Shown here: one piece after another, positions 26,511 through 39,508 of the stretch
Numbering within the stretch: position 1 is the stretch's first letter
How the letters are laid out: each line of letters begins with the position of its first letter
Assembly (NCBI GenBank): GCA_002633005.1
Contig: NMRA01000427.1
Span: 264,017 to 328,016 of the forward strand
DNA from: Phoronis australis
Lineage: Eukaryota > Animalia > Phoronida
Length of the DNA: 64,000 nt
Reading direction: 5' to 3'
Notes under the pieces: model-generated
Told to the model about the DNA's origin: nothing
Database searches by the model: none
Seen by the model: only the letters and a program-made list of their open reading frames with translations
Made by a program: the position numbers and the translations under genes

Positions 26511-27741
26511 GATGATATTGAGAAAATATCCAACAATAATAAAACCATGACAAAATGACCAGACTATCGTAACCACGAACGTAATTGTTCCCAAGTGCAA
26601 CAGGACCGACTATTGGGCTCTGGATCAACAAAAGTAAGTGAATCAAAAATAGCTATTTTTATGAGAAAACAACAGTTATTGAAATAAATTTGATAGGAAT
26701 ATATTTCAGTAATATTCTGATGAATTTATAAAGCATATATTTAAAAATGAGAAATTATGAGTAAATAGTCAATCACACAACTTTAGCAATTTATACATGA
26801 ATAGACAAGTAAAACCTAAGATTACAATCACATAAATTGAACGATTGGCCATTGGCTACTACGGCAAGAAACATTGGACCTTGTGTGAATCAGAGCCTAT
26901 TTAAATGCAAAGTGACATGTTGGTGAGACAAGGTAAGATTACATCAATACTTTACCACAAACTTACACAGGTATTATAACATCAATAACTAATAATGCTA
27001 TGTCCATATTTCACTGATAAAGAATGTAGAAAACAACTCAGAAATGCCAAATTCAACCATCACACTCTTCAAGTTATAATGATTAGAACTATGCTCTGTC
27101 TCCTGTCACTCACCATTGGTCGAGTACAAGTTTTAAGAAAAAAAGCATCGACTACCGTTGTGTTGAAACTCATTTTTGTCTGGTTTCTAATTAGGTTTTT
27201 GTCATAACCTCCCTGAAGTAAAACTAAATTCTGCATAATCTGACAAAAAATTCACTGTGTTTGATAATTTTAGATCATCTCAGTCTGATGATGTCACCGA
27301 ACAGTTCCAACTGTTAACGTAAATATTGTACTGGTAACAAGTCAAAAGCAATACTTGCCTACTAGAATTAAAAATGATGGTAATACCTTTATGCTTGAGT
27401 GTCTTGAATAAAAGTTCTAAATATACACACCCAACAAGATAAAATTTCCAATTGCAAACTATAAAGAGTCAAAATTTGAATCAACTCACATAGGCACTCC
27501 ATGGCCCACTCTGTAAGTGTGCTCTCAAAAGCAAAGTAATAGCCACAAGAAAATGACAATTAACACGACTGTATAAAATAACACACAAATTGACTCCCGA
27601 AGATAGAACGCATAATTGAGGTTAATTATTGACCCTAAAATGAATTTTACTGTGACAATTAAAATTGTTTCAAGACATTAAACATCCTTCAGGAACTTTC
27701 AACACTTGGTGGTTCAGTCGCTGGTTCACTAGTGCCATCTA

Positions 27742-30700
27742 TCACTGCTTCACGACATTACCATACGCTGGAGGGGCCTGTGTGAAGAAGAGTCAAGGTC
27801 ATTTTTACAAATAATGTGTGATTGCAATTTAAATCAAAGTTATGTCAGAGATCATAACGCTTAATCTTCGTGAGAGACCGTCCAGAGTTGGTATATGGTG
27901 CAAGTCAGGACGGTCTTGGGTCTACAGTAAACCACAGTTCAACTGTGAGTCAAAACAAATGTGATAAAAGAGAGTAGTTCTACTTGCTGCGTCAGCTGCA
28001 GGTGCATGTATGCTTATCTCGTTTATGACACACAATGTGTGACTGGGCAAAGCGTTTTCAAAATAATGTGGATAAATCAGTGGAGTGTGAGACCTCTGAG
28101 GTCCCTGTCAAGTCCTCACGGCAATTTTACGTTATGTAACAAAATTGAGCATACATTGAAAAAACATAACGTAGCACTCGAAAAACTACAAGCATTTGGT
28201 GAGTTAGTCCACTCCTTGACAGGAACACAACTGCCTGTCAAGTTCCTTCTCATGGCTTAGCCAATAGACAGGCAGATACACGACATCTGGACTGACAGAC
28301 ATGACAACTGTCTATGAGTAATAGTTTCTCAGAACAGTCATACTCCAAAGGGAAAATAGTTCTCAGTTATGCTTTTACTACAAAAAACAAAACTCTCGTT
28401 ATATAAGCCCGAGTTTTATGGTCTGAGATCTTGGAAACCGTTTCAATCACTTTTCACACAGGGTTTCTTTTATCAGAGATCATAAGTCCATTCTTAGCTA
28501 TTAAAGATACTACGATATCTATTTGAACATAATTCATTGGCATGGTTCATGAAAGCTGTTGTTAGGAATGGATATAAAAATTGGCAACTTCAAGGAAAAT
28601 CCTGTGCTTTTTCCATGTTCCGTCAAATGTTTTAGTCTGGTAGATAACTAGATGTCATTTTATAATTAGTAAAAAATTCACAGTCGAATATCTATCACTT
28701 CCAAAACTAAAAATTGACATCCCAATAATTAATTGGAATTCTACAGCACTCCATGGTATACTCTTTGTTTGTATTGCCTGTTACGTGTCAGTTTTTGCCT
28801 GTGACAGAGTGAAATTTTAAGAACTGCTGGCCATTTTTCGCCGTAACTGTTGGAACCAATTAAGTGAATAAATTTATAAATGGTGCAAGAATAACTCACA
28901 CACTTAGAGATCGAAATGCAGGTGTGACCACTCATATTCTGAGGGCTGGAACACCATTTCCAAAAGCACATCTTACAATTGATGTTTTTACTTGCTATAC
29001 TAGCCCCACCCCCACGTGAATTTTCCCTACCTAACTGACCAGGAATCCAACACTAAGCACTTATGATTATATGAGCAGAATTTGGCAATGGTCACTTAAA
29101 AGGGTACTGGATTTTGAGAACCAGTTTGATACTCAGTGCAGAGAAAGCTGGTTCTCAGAATGTGAGACTCCTGAAGGTGACTATTACCCAGACCTATACG
29201 CGATCAAAAATGCTTTAAGCACAATGATCAGCCAAAATGGGCCAAAATTCAGCGACACACTCATGAACAAAATATGCAGAGCACTTGTCACAGCAGTGTG
29301 ACTAACACTGGCATTTCCAATGCTAATTCTGATTCAGGTGTCCCGATGAAACCGTTGACAAAGAAGCAGTACTGACAGCTCTGGGAATGCAATACGAAGA
29401 CTATTATATAATTAAAAATTGACAAACAATTACTTGAACAATTGGCAGCAAATGAAAATTTCACAACAGAATGAGTCAATAAAGATGAGCGATGAATTGT
29501 AGTACAAATCCAATATCGTGAATTTGTAAATCCTCACTACTTCGCTTTTCAGAAATTTAGTTGTTAGTTGCTTTAGGCCTTGAAGTTTGCCAAAACACTG
29601 AAAAAATCTAAAAGTTCCATTTACAGGGGTAGGATCAAGATTAGACAAGAGGAGTCATTGTGGTCTGGTGGGATAAGTGCCCGCTTCCTTTATTCAAGGT
29701 CGTGGGTTCGAGCCCCACTCTAGTGCACTGCTAGATCCTAGAGTCAGGTCTCTAACTCGGTTTCAATTATAAATCAATAAAGTATAAAATGGTTTCAGGC
29801 GATCAGTGCAATGGGCAGACTTGAGTTGAATGGACTTAAGCCATTGTTTCACTCTGAGAAAAAACGCAGCCTCGCATTCGCATAAACAGGTCTTCCACGG
29901 TCGTAGCTATGGCCTTTGGTAAAAGAGGCCCATCATCTTGATAACTATGCATGCGACGTCAGTAATGTAATGTAGGGCAATGGTTGGTTCACCATTGAAC
30001 ATACAGAGTCAATCAGTGCATTTGCTGACAGGAAGTGAATTAATAGGATGCAGGAATCTTGTATTCTAATTTAACTAGGGACTACTTACAAACATAACAA
30101 CACCCCCTTTACGTATAACTGGGTGATGAGACAGACTAACTGACCTGTGCATAAGCGGGTGCGTTGTACTGCGGTGCCGCCCCCTGAGGGTAGGCTGTTG
30201 TCGCCGATGTGGTGGTGGCAGGTGGCATCACAGTTACGGTAGCACCGTACACAGGCTGTCCAGTGACAACCACTGTGCGCCGGTTATAGTAGCGGCGACG
30301 GCAGAAGAATCCGCAGATGGACAAGAAAAGAATGACAAAGAACCAGATGAGCCAGAACCCTGCAAAAGAAATAAAGTCGCACCTCAGTACAACGCACATC
30401 AATGGAACTTTGGAATTTGTGCATTATACCGACACTTTATTGTAGCCAGGGTGGAGTTATTTATAGGTCAACCGCACCTGCACACCTTAGATGACTTCAG
30501 TCATAAACCCTCTTGATCCGCAGGCCTTTATCAACGCTCATTTTTGCTCTATGTGCTGGGTATATGTTATGTTTCATGTCCCAATGTAATAGATACTCAA
30601 TATATCTAGCCTATGCTAACACAGGCACTGATGCTGCTTTCTTGAAGCAGAAGAATTAGTGTGGTCATGAAGAGCTCTAACAGAACTCTCACCTCAAACT

Positions 30701-33700
30701 GTATAGTAACACCTATGTGGAAACTGAACATTCTCGTCTGTGGTAAGACTAACAAAGCACTAGCTGCTGTCTCTGGGCCGAGATTTTTTTTAAATTGAGG
30801 AAACGATATGGAATGTTTCTAAGTAGTTAACTTTGTATTAAAATCCACCAGATGTCAGCAGTTGTACAGGTTTTGTTTAGTGGTCATAACCTATTTCTGC
30901 TCAAAAAGTGCCATAACAGTGATTGCGGCCAACTTGACATAGCAATTCACTTAAACATTTATATATAATTAATTTTCATGAGTCTGTGTGGCTCTTGAAA
31001 AAAGTGGATTTAGATCTTTTAGAAAAAATAATGCGGGAGGGATTCTTTTCTTAAGCAGTAAGGGCTACATTTCTAAACAAGTAGGAGTGCAGATTGTTCT
31101 GTAGGAAATGGTGGCCACTCTCCCCTAAATCTATCAGTGTTCCTCATCACAAGATAACATTTAATAAAACATTTTGGCCAACATGGTCACTATGGTGGCA
31201 CTGACCACTGCAATTTCTTCAACTTTGCTACAAATTCTAGCCGATGGCCACCTGATTTGTTTATTTTTTTCTCCATGATAATAAACGATACAAACAGCAC
31301 CTTGAATTAAATAATACCGTAATCATCCAGATTAATGCCCAGGGCAATTAAATTGGGCAATTCAAAAATCAGGGGTTGGACTTTAAGCCAAGTATGGGGA
31401 TTTAAAAAAGCAAAAATTTACGAGATGTCAGAGATGGGTATTTACCCTGGATAATTCGGCTAGGGTAAATACCCACAGAGTTCAATTTATGTGGAATCTA
31501 TATGCACGTCTTGAAAAAAGTAAGAAGGCAGTGAATAATTCCTGCCTAGACAAGAGAAGGTGCCACTCAAACTTGAAAACTTGTCGAACGCATAAATATT
31601 TGGGGTGGGCTTTAAGCCAAACATGGTATTTCCAAGTGAGAAATCGGAAATTTAAGGAGTGGCATTAATGAGGAAGGCGACCATTTTCATGCTAAGTAAA
31701 AAGGCAGATCTTTGCTTACCTTGGAGATAAATTGCTCGTGTTAACTGCTGTTCTCTATGTAATCACTATCCAAGGGACAATGACGTTAACGGCACAACAA
31801 AATGACGGTATACTAATTCTGCTATCACTTCTATACAGCAAATGTAACATCCTACTGGCTAATGAGCAGTCTGCGTTGGTTATTGTGTATGCTCAAAGAA
31901 AATGACTGCAGAGCCAAGATGCAGGCCCTTTGCTTTGCTGTTAAAGTCTGGTTTTTCATTGTTGCATGGATAGTAGTCACCCAAGAAAAATGTCTCTCCA
32001 GGATAATCAAAATCTGTATTTATTTTTACTTTTTAATAAGGTAATTTAAGAAACTTCCTCTTAGAGTCAACCAGACCATGGTACAGTGTTCCATGGCTAG
32101 TATTGTCAAAGTGTGTTACAACAAAACCTTCCCGGACTAGTCTAAAATGTTTGATCTAACTGCAGTTTACTGTAGCCAAATAAATATGGATACAGAGCAG
32201 TCAGCTTGGGACCTGTGGAAAGGGGCATCAAAGCATGCACACATTCTAAATCACATTTGTAGCACCACGTTTAGACTGTACACTGCATGTAATGATTATT
32301 ATGGCAATTCTCCACTTATTTTGCACAAAATCAATTAAATATTAGGTTTTCATGATAGTCAGGGTTTACCAAGTAGACGGGCAAAAAATTAACTAAGAAA
32401 TTAAGCGTCAACAACTGCCCATGTGAGAATTTAACAACACGCGGGGTACTGTGTGTTAACTAGGTCAGGCAAGAAATTCCCACCAGATAGACTCCAGAGA
32501 AATAAATAAGAGACATAATATAAGTCTTACCAATAATTGTGGATTTGCAAGATGAGGTGAGTTTGCTAAGTAAGTGGAGAATTGTCACACCACATCATAT
32601 GGAAGACAGTGTGGCCCAGTGGTTTTTTAGTGCCCACTTCCTTTACTCAAGGTTGTGGGTTCGAGTCCCACTGGGACACAATGTTAAACCATAGATTTCG
32701 GTTTTTAGCTTCTCAGCTTGGTTTAAACTCTATATAAATCAAGCATGAAACTGGTTCCACCTGGGCAGCTTGCGCGCGTCTGGTATATCGTATACCAGAA
32801 CACCTGCCATTATATTTTTTCAAATAAGTGGAGAGTTACCATAATACAGGTCAGGTAATATAGAATCAGATACTTAAGTCATAACAACACTTACACCACC
32901 ACGTGTACCAGTAAGATGTAGTGCAGCAAGTATTGTTCACTACGTCGCAACAGTAAGTATTTCCTGAAACGAAGAGCAGATACAACTGTACCAACTGGTG
33001 CAGATTATGTCAAAGGTCACAGAAAGACAGACAAAACACTTGGATTTCCCCATCAAGACAGTTGAGCACAAGCAGATTTCCCCTGACACAACAGGCTGCC
33101 CGTGTTGACACGGAATGAGGAGTTTGCAAGAGTACAGATAATCTCAGTTTAATTGTATTTGAACACCACAATTTCTGAGCTTGCTAAAAAGTTTGGAAGG
33201 TCAGCTATTCAAGCAGTTAATGTTCAGAAATTTGAGAAAGGTCATCAGCCATTGAGACTGAAGTGTGTTCGGAGATGGAAAAGGGCACTATGGGCAACAT
33301 TTATCTCCCAATAATTATTGTCGTCCAAATGCTGGACGTGAGTGAAATAACCAGCCATTCTTCAAAATCAAAGGGTGTGCAAGGCCAGTAAGATACTGAT
33401 CAATTTTAAAATTTAAAAAATTGGTCACCAAACGCAATGGTCTCAGCAGGGACACAGGGCACATGAGTCACTATATAGCTAATTTTCATCTCCATTCCCA
33501 TTGTCCATTTCCACAGTACCATTCACATGTGCTCTGTTGGCAATAGTCACTTACAGGGGTACCAATTCTAAGAACCAAATTAATTTAAAGTCTGAAATTC
33601 AGATTCCATTTGCACCGAAATCTCCAAAACCGATTCTCAAAATGCAGGACCCTATGAATGTGGAACCCAGTAACCGACTATTAATTTGTTAACAGCAAAA

Positions 33701-35220
33701 ATGTTTACAATTATAGATTGGCTTAGCCACATTCCTAACATTCCTATTAATGATCCTTCCTTCTTTTTCCTCTAGGAAGGCTACTCTATACGACAAACTT
33801 TACTTTGGCACAGCCACAGCATCGAGGAATTTCAATACTTTTGGCATGTACTGTATATTTTTTCTGGTGCATTTTGTAATTGACTTAACTGTCATTAAGA
33901 AATATTTTAGAAAAGTTTGGGCATTTACAGGAATGCTAGAAAGAAACGGAACATTGCATTTCGCCCTATTAATAGATGGCTATAAAACAGAATCAAATTT
34001 TGCCTTTTACTCTCAGTCTCATAATACACTTTGCCATGATAACATAATTATAAGATTCCATTTGCACCGCCATCTCCAATCACAGGCAATATGAACATGT
34101 GCCATGTGTACATGTGGCATTTTTGAATAAGTCAACTTCAACAGAAGCAATTTCTTGAGTCGTTGGTTTTAATGTCGGCAACAAAAATAGATTCCTATCA
34201 AGAAACACAGCCTTAACAATTAGTACCAACTCAGCACAGGTCATGATTTTAGCTTGACATCAGGCAGTTAAAACACAGCAGACTGCAGGTCTGCTACTTT
34301 TTAGCAGACCAGCAGCAGAATGTGCACAAAGTCAACTGCGCTGCCGACTTTTGAATTTTTTCTGCAATAATGAAACACTGCCACAGCATGTGGACGGTGA
34401 TGAATTATTTGTTTCAGATTTCCCGTCCAAGTGACGACCACATTAAGGACCAAGCTAGGGACACCTAACTGAGTATTGCTTGTCAGGTCCTAGTCGGCTA
34501 AATGACCCGCATTCGATGGACAGTTGCTGACTCGTGGCAGACCTGTCCAGCAACAGAATGATGTGTACTAGTACAGCTATGAATGTGGTATTCTCTCGTG
34601 TGACGTCATGCGGTGCTGTCGTTGTTAGTCTCTGTGTGTGTGTTTTTATGGTGAGTCTGAATATTAGTCACATGACTCTGGGCACCATTTTGAATGCTCT
34701 CTTCAGTGCTAGACCTCTGGTCTGTAAAGACATATGTTCCGAGTGTCCTGGCTGAGGTCAAATTGAATGTAATGGACGTGAGGTCTGACAGCTCTAAGTA
34801 CGGTAAGTTTATCTCCTGAACTACCTGCTTGCAGGCCGCGTTCAATCACTATAGATGCATGACCTGTGCTAGTCATCAAAGAACCTAAATCAACCAAAGC
34901 TCCCAGACAATTTCTAAACAGCCAAAACAGACGATAATGCAACCAAGGCACTCCATCCTTTGATTTGGGGGCTGAATATTGGCCTCATTGACCTATGAAA
35001 AATATTCAAAAATCATGCTCAATTCAGGCCCCCAAATTAACATCCTACCTGTATGAGGTTGGACTCACTTATAACGCAAAATATTAAGTGGTCACCCGAA
35101 GAAGATCAAGAAATTGACATCTCAACCAAAAATCTGCCCTCTCAGAAGGGCACTAGCAACCTAGTTCTTACCATAACAATATAGTGGATTAAGATGATCA
35201 TCATACCCGCAAGACGACAT
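27742..35220 (-). CDS. VOPP1/WBP1-like (Shisa-like six-Cys) PPxY membrane protein, paralog A (122 aa)
   Basis: Coding exons 35220-35172, 32963-32895, 30359-30145 and 27777-27742 (369 nt, GT-AG, in phase): MSSCGYDDHLNPLYCYGNTYCCDVVNNTCCTTSYWYTWWWFWLIWFFVILFLSICGFFCRRRYY...APPAYGNVVKQ*. Shows the C-C-CC-CC pattern, WxFW transmembrane start and terminal PPxY. Confidence 0.85.
29041..29500 (+). mobile_element. Internally deleted Crypton-like (DUF3504/ZMYM-type) element fragment
   Basis: WFSECETPEGDYYPDLYAIKNAL resembles the FxxExRxxxGxxYxPDSL motif; after a frameshift PMKPLTKKQY*QLWECN resembles PITxEExxxLWExG. Confidence 0.5.
29651..29840 (+). mobile_element. tRNA-derived SINE
   Basis: A box TGGTCTGGTGG and B box GGTTCGAGCCC; body shared with copies at 32601 and 985; no intact cloverleaf. 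Confidence 0.7.
31430..31475. repeat. 14-bp perfect hairpin behind a CAGAGATGGG hAT-like terminus
   Basis: TGGGTATTTACCCT (31435-31448) / AGGGTAAATACCCA (31462-31475). Confidence 0.6.
32601..32770 (+). mobile_element. tRNA-derived SINE
   Basis: A box TGGCCCAGTGG and B box GGTTCGAGTCC; gtgcccacttcctttactcaaggt shared with the 29651 copy. Confidence 0.7.
34960..35040. repeat. Small inverted-repeat element
   Basis: TTGATTTGGGGGCTGAAT ... ATTCAGGCCCCCAAATTAA. Confidence 0.5.
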
Positions 35221-36061
35221 CCTCTCAATCCTGAAAATAGTATAATCTGTAATTTAACAAAACAACCTGAAGTGAAACATAGACAATGACCCAGATACAT
35301 CATTGATGAAAATACTGCAGTATATAAAATCTAGGACCCATGTGATTACTGGGTCCTAGTTGAAACCATTGGTGTATGTTACCTCATAAAGAAACTACAG
35401 TAAAACCAATGCCCGACAAAGATAACACCTGATAATCAGGGAAAGTTCCAAGAATTCTTTTGGCATTTTTCATGAGGCAAATTATGTTATATAATTGTAT
35501 TTTGGCATCATTTCGATTTAGACATCGTATTACTTAACTTCCACTTGCTGTTTACTTCTAACACTTGCAAAATAGCACAGGAAGGTATCAGGTAAAATTT
35601 GCAAGATTTGCGTCCCTTGTACTTTTTATTCGTAAACATCGTGATTTCACCAAACTTCCTCAAATGACTGGTATGAGAAAATCGAGCAAACCGCGACGGA
35701 GTTTCATCGATTTGTTCAAATTATCTTGAATGAATCGTCTCCAGAATTATGGTACGTTGATTTTAGCTCCACGTGCACATATGCATATTTCGTTTAATTT
35801 TATTTCCTGTAAGGCTGTACTATCGCCCCTGTATCATGCCTGCGGCATCCAGGGCGATGACGATTCAGTATTGCCCAACCGTACGTAGACAAGGAAATTT
35901 TCTACCGAGACGGGCAAAGCGGAAACTGGCTAAACAATAGTAAAACCCCTAAAGGCCTGCTCAGTACAGTTTCATAGTCAAAATCTTAAGAGGTCTTTCG
36001 AACTCAACAAAACAAATTGACAGTAAAGTACATGAAGTCGGACAACTACTTCAGGACTTAC

Positions 36062-36120
36062 CAATTAATTGCGAAATCAAACCACTCTGTTAATGACCTA
36101 CGAACAGAATGTCACGTGAC
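36062..36120 (-). promoter_or_regulatory. Perfect CLEAR element and non-coding first exon of paralog A
   Basis: GTCACGTGAC at 36111-36120, then ~50 nt with no ATG ending in a G|GTAAGT donor (exon end 36062); CpG-richer sequence upstream. Confidence 0.6.
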
Positions 36121-37107
36121 AGTTTTTACTGTCACACAGTGACATCTGCCGACCATTAACAGCCTTTCCATGAGAACTGAGTCTTCGCCCGAGGAACTGA
36201 CCCGGCACCCCGGAGCCGAGGGAAACTTAGTGTGTTAGTGGCCGGGTACTCGCTTGGACAAGGGAACATTTTGCGACTCAAAAATAGTAGTTTTGTCAGG
36301 GGCTCACCTGGACTGCTCACGCAGCCTCGTCCCAAGTGGGTCTATGACGGAAGAACGGGGCAACCTAACTACGGTTAGTTTCATCCTCATCCGATTGCCG
36401 GAACTTTTCTTCCACTGCCGGCCGGACTAGCCCGTTGAAAATTTTCATACACTTTAATAATTTCACGCTAGGGTTTGCTTGGCTAACCGGTTACGACGGC
36501 TTCCGAGCGGAGACGTGCTGATCAATAGATTATCGGAATTTTTATGTAGGCATGGACTTTCATAATAGACTCGAAGTCAATTAAACCTCGAACTGCAGGC
36601 ACGAAATTGTAGTGGAGATTCCAACCGTCAGTCAAAGTACCCCGGCTCCGCCGCTGGTTTCCTGCGTGCCACTAGGTACGTAGGGAACCAGCGAGAGTAC
36701 CACGGTATATTCGGAAAGTAAAAGACGTAGAATTTCATTTTTGACTGTGTTTTATCAATCTGCCATTAATTCAGTGGCTCATCTGAGCATCGTTTTGAAG
36801 GAAGGCCATTATAGCAACTGACAAATCCTAATTCTTTTCGTTTGATAAGACTGTCGCCGGCTGGGGCTTGAAATGTTCAAGATGAAGTTTCAAAAACGCT
36901 ATTACCAGTTTGTCGAGTCGTTTCGTTAAGTAACGTTTTATACAACTTGTGATTTTTTCATGAAAACGATAAAATTCCTGACAACCCCTCATGTAAAAGT
37001 GGAATGTTTTAAAAACAATTCTTAACAAACTTTTAGAGAACAAGAGCGGCTCATAGCAAAAGAATTCACGTTCAGTGAGTTTTTGGTTTAATTTGTAGTC
37101 CAGGCAA

Positions 37108-37110
<3 letters not shown>

Positions 37111-37141
<31 letters not shown>
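37111..37141. repeat. (AT)n microsatellite
   Basis: About 15 AT units. Confidence 0.95.
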
Positions 37142-37143
<2 letters not shown>

Positions 37144-39352
37144 TGATTGCGGCAATGCTATTTTGTTTAATAATTAAGATTATAAGACATTCAATTGACG
37201 ATGAAGGTAAGTCGATAACATGTACAACAGAATTAATTACTACTGTGGACATACGGTACAAATGCCGACGAACCAGATTTTTATGAAAGAGCCTGGGCAG
37301 GTTTCATTATAGGTGCGTATGATTGACGGGTTAAAGCTGGGACTGTTTACGGATCTGTCAATAATACCAGAGAAAATTTGTCAACCAAATGAAAATTGCT
37401 TGGTTGACCCTGTGAAAAAGCAGGAACTTATTAAATGGAAACGTCTCCGTCTGAATGGGGGGACATTATCCGACTCCGGTTTTAGGGACGAACATGGTAA
37501 TTATCATGATTATTGTTGGATGAGATAGACACTCTTGAAGTTATCAGCCTTGACGGATAAAACAACGAAATGCGTTCTTTCGTGATTTTGTTACAGATCT
37601 TTTCGTTGTGTGCCAGACGTTACCTGAAATCAATGACTCTGCCAGTTAAAATATGCTTAAAATACTATGCCATCGATCGAGCACGTCTGTATTTAACAGT
37701 CCTACAGCAGAGCGACGGCGACGGGGGCCGGTGTCACACTGGCAGATTCCGCGGGGAACCGGGCTGCTCTCACTTTTCTCGCAATCAGCGAACTCAGTGA
37801 AATTAGATTAAAATCAAAATCAGGTGACGGCTTTGTGGCTTAATCAGTACTCGTCGCACTATCTTTGCCCCTCTCGATTGGAGCAACATATTCAACGGGC
37901 AACTTGGAGAAGTAGCCTACAACTGAAAGACACTCCGTTGCATTAGAGCTTATAAGGATTTTCTCATAATCAGTGCCCTCTTTCAGCCACTTCCTGGAAT
38001 TGTAGAAATCGATCGCGCTATTTGCATGGCCGCCGGCGCCGGGACACCAAAACACCGCAGAGAAGAGTAGTCCCGCACAACGTTCAGTTTCAGTTCCTAT
38101 ATAGGGTTCCGAGAGAAAAGAAGACATTGGGATCTACCGTCACTGTATAGTAAGCTTTCCACGAAGTGGTGTCCTTATGGAATCGGTTTGCTAAAGGTGG
38201 GAAAACAACCGAATTTGGAAACATAATTTGTGAAAGCAGCTCCTTTTTTAAATTTTACTGACAAATTTTACCATAAAAGCGGCGCTTAGTTAAGAATTAC
38301 ATGACAGCGCGTTGGAAATTTGCATTAAGGGGCAGGCACAAGTATTAGCAATTACTTCGATCCCCGTACATCACAAAACTACCTAAACAGAGCCTCAAAA
38401 TAAACTAAAATGACTTTACTGGCTGCAAGGTCTTGTTTAAATTCACGTGTTTTAATCGTCGGGCTTTGGATGCAACCGTACCAAAAACCAATTCTTATGG
38501 CCATCACTTATAATCACTCTAACGAGTTCTGTAGCAGACGTAGTGAGTCGAGCAATCCTGTCATGGCTCTGATAGAATCCCTGGAAACTACCGTGACTTT
38601 CGGGAGTGGTAGGGCCTACTACAGTGCCGGATTGATGGTTTCATCGGCGGGACGCCGCCAGGTTCGAGTCAGCTGCCCTCGGAAGTCACTCAGTACCCTT
38701 GCTTGTCTCCACGACGTTTCGCCGAGCTAGCCTGCCCCAGACTCCAGCTCATGCAGTCACCGACCACAATTGCACCCGGGCGACGCCACAGTGGCGGTCG
38801 ACACAACACGCTAGTGGAAGAACCACCAGTAAAGCTTTCACCGCGCCAGCTATCCCTTTAATTGCAGCCATAAGTTTTAATCTACGCCGGACAATACTCC
38901 CATGGGCACCTTGTACAAGGAGTGGCGACCCTATTTTGTGTTCGTGGGCAAACACTGTGGCTATTCATGTGAACACGGCACCATAATCGGGGTGTGCGAT
39001 TCAGTGACCGAAGTTCCTAAATTATGGCTACAATCCTCGAATTCAGTCCCGGACCAGCAAATACCCGAAGACCACTGTCCCTGAACTATAGTGTACATGT
39101 ATATCATGTACATTCACAGCTTAAACTGCTCCACTTATCAACCCGGAGACCGAACTATGGCCCCTTTGGCCGTTAGCAAATAGTAAAAGTGGCACCAGAA
39201 TACATTTTGACATTTATCATGTTGCGGCTAATCGTGGGCTTGTACTTTTGGGTGTGTGTGTACGTGAGGGGGATTGGGAGCACAGACATATCACAAAATG
39301 GAAAATACCACTCCCTTATTGTATCCTAAAACAGCCACTGACACCCAGTGCA

Positions 39353-39508
39353 TAATGAGCCTGGTTTGAACTAATAACAGCCCACCATTTCTAATGAGCC
39401 TGGTTTGAACCAATAACAGCCGACCATTTCTAATGAGCCTGGTTTGAACCAATAACAGCCGACCATTTCTAATGAGCCTGGTTTGAACCAATAACAGCCC
39501 ACCATTTT
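39353..39508. repeat. 39-bp tandem repeat, 4 copies
   Basis: Unit taatgagcctggtttgaacyaataacagccsaccatttc, contiguous with no spacers. Confidence 0.95.

Noticed and set aside
29651-29725. tRNA gene (also 32601)
   Set aside because: A and B boxes are present, but there is no acceptor stem or cloverleaf and the copies share a downstream body, so they are SINE heads.
39353-39508. 39-bp repeats as a CRISPR-like array or repeat protein (ORF 39291-39521)
   Set aside because: Contiguous tandem units with no spacers, in a eukaryotic context; the ORF results from a unit length divisible by 3.
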